Source: Candidatus Nomurabacteria bacterium
Lineage (GTDB): Bacteria > Patescibacteriota > Patescibacteriia > HK-STAS-PATE-3
Assembly (NCBI GenBank): GCA_023898465.1
Contig: CP060223.1
Coordinates: 640,001-704,000, forward strand
DNA: 64,000 bases
Direction: 5' to 3'
Under the pieces are notes generated by a model. That model saw only the letters and a list, made by a program, of their open reading frames with translations, made no database searches and had not been told where the DNA came from. The position numbers and the translations under genes are program-made. This document shows, piece by piece, positions 10,301 through 17,598 of the stretch (positions within the stretch are counted from its first letter, which is position 1; every line of letters starts with the position of its first letter).

Positions 10301-10784
10301 CACCCAAGTGCAAAGGATCACCACGCGTAAAGGCGATGCAATGCTCTTTGTGCGGATAGAAGACATGTCAGGTTCTGTTGAAGTGCTGGTTTTTCCGAAG
10401 CTCTACCTCGACACCTCTCATGAATGGATTGAGGAATCACTTGTCCTGGTAAAAGGAAAGGTCAGCGACAAGGACGGCATACCAAAAATTCTAGCTGACT
10501 CGGTCAAAGCGCTTGACCCGAATAAGCTGCAAGCAGCGTCCCCTGCTCTTCCGAGAAACACTGACTCACCAATGCAGGAATACGTGATTCGCTTACCAAA
10601 GAACATTAGTCCTGCTACACTTGATGCATTGAAACAAGTACTGCAAGCGCATGAGGGTGACGCTCGAGTCCGTCTCACTATGGAGGGAACGAACGGTCAG
10701 AGTAAAGAGACAAATTACTACGTGCGTGACTCAGAAGCCTTACGTAATGAGGTAGCAGCAACCTTGGCCAGTCTACAAGACTAA
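7338..10784 (+). CDS. dnaE: DNA polymerase III alpha subunit.
   Basis: PHP domain HLHVHSHYSLLDG, polymerase core motifs and an OB-fold C-terminus. At 1148 aa there is no intein-sized insertion. Confidence 0.95.
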   Translation: MRFAHLHVHSHYSLLDGLPKIDELVARAVELDMPAVALTDHGVLYGAVEFYQKATAAGIKPIIGIEAYLARNSRHSKQAKVDERPYHLILLAENNTGYKNLIALTTRAHLEGYYYRPRIDWELLEQYSEGLIAMTACIGGHIPSLILSGEEEELKRTIERYKKVFGPDHFYFELQSNPSLPQQQTVNTRLIELSREYDVPLVVTNDCHYLSTEDADAQDILLCLQTKSKKNDKDRMSYLGENFALRSTEEMASLFPDLPEAIANTAAIAERCNVTLELGKIHLPHYEVPQGKTANAYLRELCMRGLRDRYDTKPDKEVLDRLDYELSVIEKTGFATYLLIVQDFITWAKENRIVVGPGRGSAASSLVCYLLNITDIDPLRYDLLFERFLNPERISMPDIDTDFSDVRRDEVIRYVESKYGKDHVAQIITFGTMAARAAIRDVGRVLDLPYMYCDRVAKLIPMGMTIDEAVSSVPELREINDNDPQAKELLDNARKLEGVARHASTHACGVVITKEPLEEYVPVQFASASDQTVITQYSLHPIEDLGLLKMDFLGLSNLTIIETTLKIVEKTRGEHIVLQDLPLDDKKAYSLLQRGNTIGVFQLESSGMRRYLISLKPNELEDLIAMVALYRPGPMELIPEFIDGKHGRRQAQYLHPKLKPILDKTYGVAVYQEQVLQMARDLAGFSMGEADVLRKAVGKKIGKLLQEQKEKFVEGCVKNDIKEATAKKIFDFIEPFARYGFNRAHAACYGLIAYQTAFLKANYTAEFMAALMTSDHGSTDRIALEIEECRHLGIEVLPPDINESFATFTVVTQKDQDAEPNRIRFGLNAIKNVGEGVVEAIIAERKQNGSFANLEDFLERVQSKDVNKKSLEALIKAGALDCVGGRSALLHNLETILSFAKQVGQEKDQRQTNLFGMLPNTHARKLTLMEAEPLDKMQRLSWERELLGLYLSDHPLSQYREALAKISTPILGLDQAPRSRMISIAGIVTQVQRITTRKGDAMLFVRIEDMSGSVEVLVFPKLYLDTSHEWIEESLVLVKGKVSDKDGIPKILADSVKALDPNKLQAASPALPRNTDSPMQEYVIRLPKNISPATLDALKQVLQAHEGDARVRLTMEGTNGQSKETNYYVRDSEALRNEVAATLASLQD

Positions 10785-10786
10785 GT

Positions 10787-11968
10787 ATGGAAAAACGTCA
10801 TTCAACTCAAGGTCAGCTTCCAAAGTCTTATGCTCGAGCAGCAATCATTTTTATTTTTATTGTACTCATCGCTGGCGGCGGCGTACTTTATCTCTCCTTA
10901 TCGCGTACGATTGTCACAATCACCCCTCGCCAACAAGAATACTCAGTAACTGTGCCCGTGGCAGTGAGGGAAGATGAAATCGCAGAAGGTGGCGAACGAA
11001 GCGACAACTCAACTATCCAAGGCATGATCCTCACAGCTACTCGCACTCGACAAGGCACCTTCACGAGTTTAGGTGAAGGAAGCAGCGTGGCTGATACCGC
11101 CACCGGTCGAGTAACTATTTATAATAACTGGAACCAAACGCAGCCCTTGGCAGCTACCACTCGCTTCTTAACTGAAGATGGCGTGCTTTTTAGACTCAAA
11201 GAACGAGTTGATGTACCGGCTGCTTCATCGATTGAGGCGGAGGTATACGCTGATGAAAAAGGAGCCATCGGAAACATTGGACCAAGTCGCTTCACGCTGC
11301 CTGGTCTCTGGCCCGGCCTGCAGGAAAAAATCTATGCGGAGAGCACTACAGCAATGACAGGAGGATTAAAAGAAGTGAAGAGCGTCTCAGCAGAAGATTT
11401 ACGACAAGCTGAAAACACCCTACGATCGCAAATCGTTGAAGATGTACGCAGCTTTTTTCAAGACAGCTTAGCTGGTGAAGAAACCAAGTGGCAACTTCTC
11501 GATGACGCGCTTATCGGAACTATTACGGAAAAGGATTTCAGCGCCGAGGTTGGCGACCAAGTAGAAGACTTCACGGGCAGTCTCACGCTTAAGGTGGACG
11601 GCGTTGCTATACTTCCTAGCGATATCGCTGCCCTGGCTGCCACGCGACTCACTGAAGAAATTCCAGACAACACCATTCCCCTCTCCTCTGATGCCGAGGA
11701 AATTGAAACCACGGTTACAAAAATTAACACTGATACACAAACGGCTGAGTTAAGCATCACCGGAACTATCGACGCGAGCACGACCCTTGCGAATCCAATT
11801 TTTTCACGAAGCAATCTGGTCAGCCGTAGCCGACAAGAGATTCTCGAATACTTCTCTTCCTTCCCAGAGGTTGCTGCTGTCTCTATTCGCTTCTCCCCCT
11901 TTTGGGCCACTCAGGCTGCATCGCTTGAGGATCATATTGAAATTCGTTTTAATCAGCCTGAGCAATAA
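10787..11968 (+). CDS. Membrane-anchored hypothetical protein.
   Basis: N-terminal TM helix. Coding potential is continuous with and co-directional to dnaE. Confidence 0.5.
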   Translation: MEKRHSTQGQLPKSYARAAIIFIFIVLIAGGGVLYLSLSRTIVTITPRQQEYSVTVPVAVREDEIAEGGERSDNSTIQGMILTATRTRQGTFTSLGEGSSVADTATGRVTIYNNWNQTQPLAATTRFLTEDGVLFRLKERVDVPAASSIEAEVYADEKGAIGNIGPSRFTLPGLWPGLQEKIYAESTTAMTGGLKEVKSVSAEDLRQAENTLRSQIVEDVRSFFQDSLAGEETKWQLLDDALIGTITEKDFSAEVGDQVEDFTGSLTLKVDGVAILPSDIAALAATRLTEEIPDNTIPLSSDAEEIETTVTKINTDTQTAELSITGTIDASTTLANPIFSRSNLVSRSRQEILEYFSSFPEVAAVSIRFSPFWATQAASLEDHIEIRFNQPEQ

Positions 11969-12188
11969 TTTATTGACAAGAAGGCTGGTCCAGATATAGG
12001 ATGAGAGTGTTGTGATTGGCTGAGCTACCAACTCAGCGCTCCCTCGGGAGTCCAATAAGCTAAGCAACAAGACAATATATAGAGTGTTCTCCCTAGCCTT
12101 GGCGAAGGAGGAAATCTGGGTGGAACCGTCCTAAACCCTGTCGAAGGACCCCAACGTTCATAACGATGGGATTAATTTATTTACACCT
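11969..12188 (+). promoter_or_regulatory. Candidate T-box leader (tRNA-sensing riboswitch) for thrS.
   Basis: AAATCTGGGTGGAACCGTCC at 12112-12131 matches the T-box consensus AAUUAGGGUGGNACCGCG. An upstream hairpin (GCTGAG-ctaccaa-CTCAGC) carries a Thr ACC codon. TTGACA at 11973 is promoter-like. The whole region is a 220-nt non-coding leader. Confidence 0.4.
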
Positions 12189-13940
12189 ATGAAAGAACAA
12201 GCAGAAAAACTCCAACATATTCGTCACTCCTTTGCTCACCTACTCGCAGCTGCCGTACTACGTTTATGGCCTGATACAAAGCCTACTATTGGACCAGCCA
12301 TCGAAAACGGCTTCTATTATGATTTCGAATTTAAGTCACCAATCTCTGATAAGGATTTGCCAAAAATAGAAAAAATGATGCGCAAAACTTTGCAGGATTG
12401 GAAAGGCTTCGAGCGTTTTGAAGTATCTGCCAATGAAGCAAAGAAAGAATTTAAAACAAACGACTTTAAGCTCGAGTTGATTAAGGATCTGGAAAAAGAA
12501 AAACAAGCCATAACCATTTATCAATCTGGACACTTCAGAGATCTCTGCCGTGGTGGCCATGTTGAAGATATGAAAGAAATGAATCCTGAAGCATTTGGCT
12601 TGGCAAAGACCGCTGGAGCTTATTGGCGTGGCGATGAAAAGAAGCCAATGCTGACCCGCATTTACGGCTATGCCTTTGCTACAAAAGATGAGCTGGAAGC
12701 ATACAAAAAAATGCTTGAAGAAGCTGAGAAACGTGATCACCGTAAACTGGGTCAAGAGCTCGATCTCTTCACCTTCTCGGAATACGTTGGTGCGGGACTC
12801 CCCCTCTACACTCCCCGAGGTACTGTGCTCATCCGTGAAATTAGCGCGTACTTAAATGAACTAAAAGCCTCCAAGGGTTATGACTTCGTTGATATTCCTC
12901 ATATTGCGAAATCTGAACTCTATAAGACCTCCGGGCACTGGGACAAATTCAAGGATGGCATTTTTAAAGTGCAGGGACAGTCTGAGGAATTTGTGCTGAA
13001 GCCAATGAACTGCCCACACCATACGCAGATCTATGCCTCGCAGTTACGCAGCTACCGCGACCTGCCACTCCGCTATGCTGAGATTACCAAGCAATATCGC
13101 GATGAACAAAGCGGTGAGCTGCATGGATTATCCCGAGTGCGTTCAATTACTATCGACGATACGCATATCTTCTGCCGGCAGGATCAAATGCTGGAGGAAG
13201 CAAAAAACGCCTTTGCCATTATTGCTGAATTTAGTAAAACCCTAGGTTTACATTATCGAGTTACCCTGTCCGTTCGCGATCCGAAGCGCAAAAAAGATTA
13301 TCTCGGCAGCGACGAGGTATGGGAAAAAGCTGAGCAGGCCCTCGCACAGGTACTGAAAGATGAAGGTCAGGAATTTACCGTTGAGGAAGGTGAGGCAGCC
13401 TTCTATGGCCCAAAGATTGACTTCCATCAACTGGACGCTATTGGTCGTACTTGGCAGCTCTCCACTATTCAACTTGATTTTAACCAACCTGAACGCTTCA
13501 AGCTTGAATACACTGATACAAAAGGAGAGAAGGTGCGTCCGGTCATGCTTCATATTGCGGTCGCTGGATCACTGGAACGCTTCCTTTCAATTGCGATTGA
13601 ACACTTTGCCGGCGCCTTCCCGCTCTGGCTCTCACCAAGTCAGGTGCAGTTAATTCCAGTTACCAGTAAGCATGAAGAGTTTGTGCTTCAAATGGCGGAT
13701 GAATTTCGTACGCAAGGCATCCGCGTCGATGTGGACCTGATGAACGAAACCGTAGGGAATAAAATTCGCAAAGCAATTAAACGCAAAGTCCCCTACCTGC
13801 TTGTCATCGGTGATAAAGAACTTGCTTCGCCAAAACTGCATGTACGGAAACGCGGCAGTGAAGAGGTGCATGAATATACCAAGAAGAAATTCTTTGAAGA
13901 TATTCAAGAAAAGATCGCCCAACGCTCGCTCGAGCTGTAA
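12189..13940 (+). CDS. thrS: Threonyl-tRNA synthetase, short form lacking the N-terminal TGS/N1 domain.
   Basis: Class II motifs and an anticodon-binding domain. HSFAHLLAAAV marks the editing (SAD) domain. An in-frame stop at 12132-12134 rules out a longer N-terminus. Confidence 0.95.
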   Translation: MKEQAEKLQHIRHSFAHLLAAAVLRLWPDTKPTIGPAIENGFYYDFEFKSPISDKDLPKIEKMMRKTLQDWKGFERFEVSANEAKKEFKTNDFKLELIKDLEKEKQAITIYQSGHFRDLCRGGHVEDMKEMNPEAFGLAKTAGAYWRGDEKKPMLTRIYGYAFATKDELEAYKKMLEEAEKRDHRKLGQELDLFTFSEYVGAGLPLYTPRGTVLIREISAYLNELKASKGYDFVDIPHIAKSELYKTSGHWDKFKDGIFKVQGQSEEFVLKPMNCPHHTQIYASQLRSYRDLPLRYAEITKQYRDEQSGELHGLSRVRSITIDDTHIFCRQDQMLEEAKNAFAIIAEFSKTLGLHYRVTLSVRDPKRKKDYLGSDEVWEKAEQALAQVLKDEGQEFTVEEGEAAFYGPKIDFHQLDAIGRTWQLSTIQLDFNQPERFKLEYTDTKGEKVRPVMLHIAVAGSLERFLSIAIEHFAGAFPLWLSPSQVQLIPVTSKHEEFVLQMADEFRTQGIRVDVDLMNETVGNKIRKAIKRKVPYLLVIGDKELASPKLHVRKRGSEEVHEYTKKKFFEDIQEKIAQRSLEL

Positions 13941-14091
13941 AAATTGCTGCAGGTAACGCAGGTAATTAAATGTTTACTCGTCTGCGTCTACTCAATCCAT
14001 CTTGACAGAAAGTGGGACTGCTCGTATCTTCACCTTATCCGACCTCGGTTGGATATTGCACATCATAATACACCCACTGCCCGGGAGGTCA

Positions 14092-14501
14092 GTATGTCCC
14101 CGCAGAACGATCGAACAACTGGAGTGCCCCATCCGGCGTTTTGGTATCGACAAACCCTCATGGCGCGTCTCGCCTGCTTTGGTGTAACGCCTGATCGTTT
14201 GGCTCAGCTACGCACGCTCATCTCGCCGGATGACGAAATCACTCTCTACGGACTGATGAATAGCAAGCTCTTTGCTCTGCCGAGCACCTTGTATGATGGG
14301 GGCTTCCCTGCCGACAAGGTAGCACAGGCAACCCAAAGCGCTGAGGAAGAGCTTCGTCACGTCACTGATTGGATTGTCACGCTGCATCGGCAACATGCCG
14401 TACCATTGACCATCGTGCCGGCAACGGACACGAGCACCGAGCACACTGATACAGGACAAGGGGTTGGAGATGGCGGTAACGACGTGGACCTGGCGGTGTA
14501 A
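14092..14501 (+). CDS. Hypothetical 136-aa protein.
   Basis: ATG is preceded by GGGAGG at 5 nt. TTGACA lies upstream at 13994. The intrinsic terminator at 14507-14547 follows. The longer ORF-track start at 13944 has no RBS. Confidence 0.3.
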
Positions 14502-14506
14502 CTCTC

Positions 14507-14547
14507 AAAAACCCTTCGGCGTTGCATAAACAAAGAAGGGTTTTTCC
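14507..14547 (+). terminator. Rho-independent terminator (AAAAACCCTTC, loop, GAAGGGTTTTT).
   Basis: 11-bp stem with flanking A and T tracts, read directly from the sequence. Confidence 0.5.
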
Positions 14548-14594
14548 ATTGACGCAAAATACTTTTTTCCCTAGACTCACTTTGGAGGTGAGTC

Positions 14595-14765
14595 ATGCCC
14601 TTTTCGAAAGACGACATTGCCCATATCCTTCGTGGCATCTGCTTTTCCCTTGGTCACCGAGGCTCTGTAGCAGAGGATCTCATGATGCTTCGTGATGACC
14701 GTAGGAGGACGAAGGAGAAGATGCGGAACAAGGCAGCAACCGCACCTGAATCAAGGGAAAAATAA
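14595..14765 (+). CDS. Possible 56-codon small ORF, speculative.
   Basis: GGAGGTG lies 5 nt before the ATG. A 9-bp perfect hairpin at 14777-14801 sits between it and miaA. It is too short for the ORF track. Confidence 0.2.
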   Translation: MPFSKDDIAHILRGICFSLGHRGSVAEDLMMLRDDRRRTKEKMRNKAATAPESREK

Positions 14766-14811
14766 TCTACACCTACAAGCTTCTGGCTCGCTCAGAAGCT
14801 TCTTCCTAGCT

Positions 14812-15717
14812 ATGTCCCTCACACAAGTTATAATCATCCTGGGCCCCACCGCCTCTGGTAAATCATCTCTGGCTATTGCTCTGGCTAAGCGCTTCAAAGG
14901 GGAAATTATTTCCGCTGACTCTCGCCAGGTCTATCGTGGTCTTGATATTGGGACAGGCAAAGTGACAAAGAGAGAGATGCAAAGTATCCCCCATTATCTC
15001 TTGGATATTGCTAGTCCAACACGACAATACACTGTAGCGCAATTTCAAAAAGAGACTCAAAAGACTATTCGCAAGATTACTCGAAATAATAATTTGCCTA
15101 TCATCTGCGGTGGCACTGGTTTTTATATTGATGCAGTTGTTTCTGGTACAACACTTCCAGAGGTAAGGCCGAATAAAAAACTGCGAAAGCAACTGGTCAA
15201 AAAAACACCTGCGCAACTATTTCATATGCTGCAAAAGCTTGATCCTATTCGAGCGAAAAGTATTGACCCTCAAAATCCCGTGCGTCTGATTCGAGCAATT
15301 GAAATTGCCCAAAGCCTTGGCCGCGTACCTCAACTTCACGTAAAATCTCAATACGACGCATTGAAAATTGGTATCACTCTATCAAAAGAAAAACTGCACG
15401 ATAACATCCATCGTCGTTTACACGCTCGGATGCGGCAAGGCATGCTGGCCGAAGCAAAACGTTTGCATCGTCAGGGTCTAAGCTATCGTCGCATGGAAGC
15501 ACTTGGTTTGGAGTATCGCTATCTTGCCTATCACCTGCAGGGTAAATTAACAAAAAGTGAGATGCTGCAGCAGCTGGAGAAAGCTATCCAGCACTATGCC
15601 AAACGACAGATGACCTGGTTCAAGCGGGATAAAAATATACATTGGGTGAAAAGCGCCAAAGAGGCACAGGTGCTTACCAGGCAGTTTCTCAAAAAAGAAA
15701 ACTCTCCCCAGTCCTAG
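14812..15717 (+). CDS. miaA: tRNA dimethylallyltransferase.
   Basis: P-loop GPTASGKS, DSRQVYRGLDIGTGK and LIRAIE motifs. The start is taken at MSLTQV (14812); the ORF-track start at 14692 has no support. Confidence 0.9.
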   Translation: MSLTQVIIILGPTASGKSSLAIALAKRFKGEIISADSRQVYRGLDIGTGKVTKREMQSIPHYLLDIASPTRQYTVAQFQKETQKTIRKITRNNNLPIICGGTGFYIDAVVSGTTLPEVRPNKKLRKQLVKKTPAQLFHMLQKLDPIRAKSIDPQNPVRLIRAIEIAQSLGRVPQLHVKSQYDALKIGITLSKEKLHDNIHRRLHARMRQGMLAEAKRLHRQGLSYRRMEALGLEYRYLAYHLQGKLTKSEMLQQLEKAIQHYAKRQMTWFKRDKNIHWVKSAKEAQVLTRQFLKKENSPQS

Positions 15718-15735
15718 ACCAGGGAGAGCACATGT

Positions 15736-17205
15736 TCAGTCAACCAGCACTTCCCTCCTATCAAAGTGCTGTTCGCAGTAGTGGCAGGCCAGGACTTCCC
15801 GCCCTTCTCCGTTCACATGAAAGTGAGGATAGAGCGCTGCCTCCGCATCACACCTGGTCACGCAAGCCGGGTTGGGACAAGATCCGATACCGGTGATCTC
15901 ACGCACGGTCGCCACCCGCCGCTTCGTTAGCACACCATCACGAATTTCGTTGATGGTCACTTGAGGCACCAAGATGCCGATGGCAGAGAGCTCCCTTGCA
16001 TTCAAGAAAACATCTTCCAGCCGGAGCGTATCCTTCTTGCCGCCCTGACCATTAGACCGCAGTCCCTGATCAAGTCCCACGTAGTGCGCATTTGGATCCA
16101 GACCGAGCACCGACTGAATCCTCCTGCCAAAACCTACAGGCAAATGATCAAGTACCGTCCCGTTACTGATGGGCAAGAAGCGCTGCTGCGCCAACTGCTT
16201 GCGAGCAATCGCTTCATCAGCCGACCCACTTCGCACATCCTCGATCTCCGGCCCAATCACCTCAAGAGGTGTCTCCGCACAGCGACTATGGAGCGCCTCA
16301 TTCAAAAGGGCCATCCTGATCGGCACGCCGTTCGCTGCCTGAGCGTCGATGATGACTCGTGGGTCACCGAGGACAGAAGGATGAATCTCATTGTCACCGA
16401 TCGGCAGGGGGTGCATCACCAAGACCTTAGACCCAAGCATGTCTAGGGCCGCCTGGTCAATCGTGAAACGACCGGCAACCCTGTGGTATTCGTACTCGCT
16501 CGGGAAACGCTCTCGTTGCACCCGAGTCGCATAGACCAAGTGGCACCCTGCCAGCGTCTCCAAATCACTCGCCACGGTGACATTGTACATGCCTCTCGTA
16601 TACCACCACTGCAACTGTGCTTCCGGTGCTGAGACTAGTACAATCTCCACACCCTCTAGCAGGCGCAGTGCGCGAATCAAGGAATGCACCGTGCGAGAAT
16701 ACTTGAAATCACCCACGAAACCAATCTTGAAACCATTCAGTCGACCCAAATGGCGCCGAATGGTGTAGAGATCAAGAAGGGTCTGGCTGGGATGCTCATT
16801 CGCACCGTCGCCAGCATTGAGTACGCAGAGTTGCATACCTCGCCGTGCAGCCATCTCAGCCACCCAACGAGGAGCACCCTCCACTTTTGTCCGCATCACC
16901 AGGGCTGACCCATTGTAGCCGCAGAACATTCGTGCGGTTGCCCCGAGTGTCTCCCCCTTTACCAAGGAAGTTCCCTCGGCCCCTGAGGTCAGCACATGCG
17001 GCAGACCCAGCAGACGCGCTGCCTCCTCGAATGATCCGGCGGTCCTAGTGCTCGGCTCTCCAAAGAGAAGCCGCACAACACCTTGATCGCTAACACTCGG
17101 CAAAGGCTCGCCCTTCTCCCAAGTCATTCGATAGGACTCAGCACTTGCCAAAACCCCATCGATGAAAGGAAGATCGAAATCACCAACCGAGATCACATGC
17201 TTCAC
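15736..17205 (-). CDS. pyrB: Aspartate carbamoyltransferase with the catalytic (PyrB) and regulatory (PyrI, Zn-binding Cx4C...Cx2C) chains fused in one polypeptide.
   Basis: STRT and HPSQ carbamoyltransferase motifs in the N-terminal part, and a C-terminal PyrI zinc domain (CPNPAC...CHYCE). The GTG start at 17205 is preceded by AAGGAGG; the ORF-track start at 17262 lacks an RBS. Confidence 0.8.
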   Translation of the reverse strand: MKHVISVGDFDLPFIDGVLASAESYRMTWEKGEPLPSVSDQGVVRLLFGEPSTRTAGSFEEAARLLGLPHVLTSGAEGTSLVKGETLGATARMFCGYNGSALVMRTKVEGAPRWVAEMAARRGMQLCVLNAGDGANEHPSQTLLDLYTIRRHLGRLNGFKIGFVGDFKYSRTVHSLIRALRLLEGVEIVLVSAPEAQLQWWYTRGMYNVTVASDLETLAGCHLVYATRVQRERFPSEYEYHRVAGRFTIDQAALDMLGSKVLVMHPLPIGDNEIHPSVLGDPRVIIDAQAANGVPIRMALLNEALHSRCAETPLEVIGPEIEDVRSGSADEAIARKQLAQQRFLPISNGTVLDHLPVGFGRRIQSVLGLDPNAHYVGLDQGLRSNGQGGKKDTLRLEDVFLNARELSAIGILVPQVTINEIRDGVLTKRRVATVREITGIGSCPNPACVTRCDAEAALYPHFHVNGEGREVLACHYCEQHFDRREVLVD

Positions 17206-17391
17206 TGCTTGCCTCCTTGTCAACCCAAGCAACAACTTCGATGTTAAACACAGAAGGTTCACTCCTGTGCCCTCTAGAAGAACTGAGTCCCGCGTACCGA
17301 AGCATCAAGAATGCTCCCGGGTACGAAATCTATTTAACCCACATGAACCCATATGCGACTCACTGGGTTATGCGGAGGTATGTCAACGAGC

Positions 17392-17416
17392 ACAAAAAAT
17401 CCGCCACTGGGCGGAT
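17392..17416 (-). terminator. Intrinsic terminator inside the pyrBI 5' leader, a candidate attenuator.
   Basis: ATCCGCC-actg-GGCGGAT followed by U6 on the minus strand, 187 nt upstream of the pyrBI start and about 50 nt downstream of the minus-strand promoter TTGACG-17-TACACT (17473-17501). Confidence 0.45.
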
Positions 17417-17472
17417 CAAATCAGCCTTATTGCCTCCGAAATATCTGGTACAGAGTATTTCATTCCTACGAG

Positions 17473-17501
17473 AGTGTAAACCGGACAACCTACAGCGTCA
17501 A
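17473..17501 (-). promoter_or_regulatory. Sigma70-like promoter for the pyrBI leader (TTGACG, 17-nt spacer, TACACT).
   Basis: Hexamers read on the minus strand. It sits back-to-back with the nhaA promoter. Confidence 0.4.
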
Positions 17502-17518
17502 GTGGAAAAAGTAAATGA

Positions 17519-17547
17519 TTGACATTTCCGCAAAAATGCCCTAAAAT
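17519..17547 (+). promoter_or_regulatory. Near-consensus sigma70 promoter (TTGACA, 17-nt spacer, TAAAAT) for nhaA.
   Basis: Direct match. GGGAGGG RBS lies 6 nt before the nhaA ATG. Confidence 0.55.
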
Positions 17548-17598
17548 GCGCCCGAACTTGAGCTATACGAGGCTCCGCAACACCGAGGGAGGGTTTGT

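Noticed and set aside
7338-10784. Intein or mobile insertion in dnaE, and likewise in the V-ATPase A subunit (51640-53385) and gyrB.
   Set aside because: Protein lengths (1148, 581 and 678 aa) are canonical, and no Cys/Ser-to-His-Asn intein block is visible.
13944-14501. ORF-track 185-aa call starting at 13944.
   Set aside because: It has no RBS, and it starts inside promoter-like sequence. The in-frame ATG at 14092 has a GGGAGG RBS, so the shorter call was preferred. Even that is low-confidence.
14692-14811. N-terminal 40-aa extension of miaA (MMTVGGRRRR...).
   Set aside because: Arg-rich, unconserved and no RBS. The canonical MiaA N-terminus with its P-loop begins at 14812.
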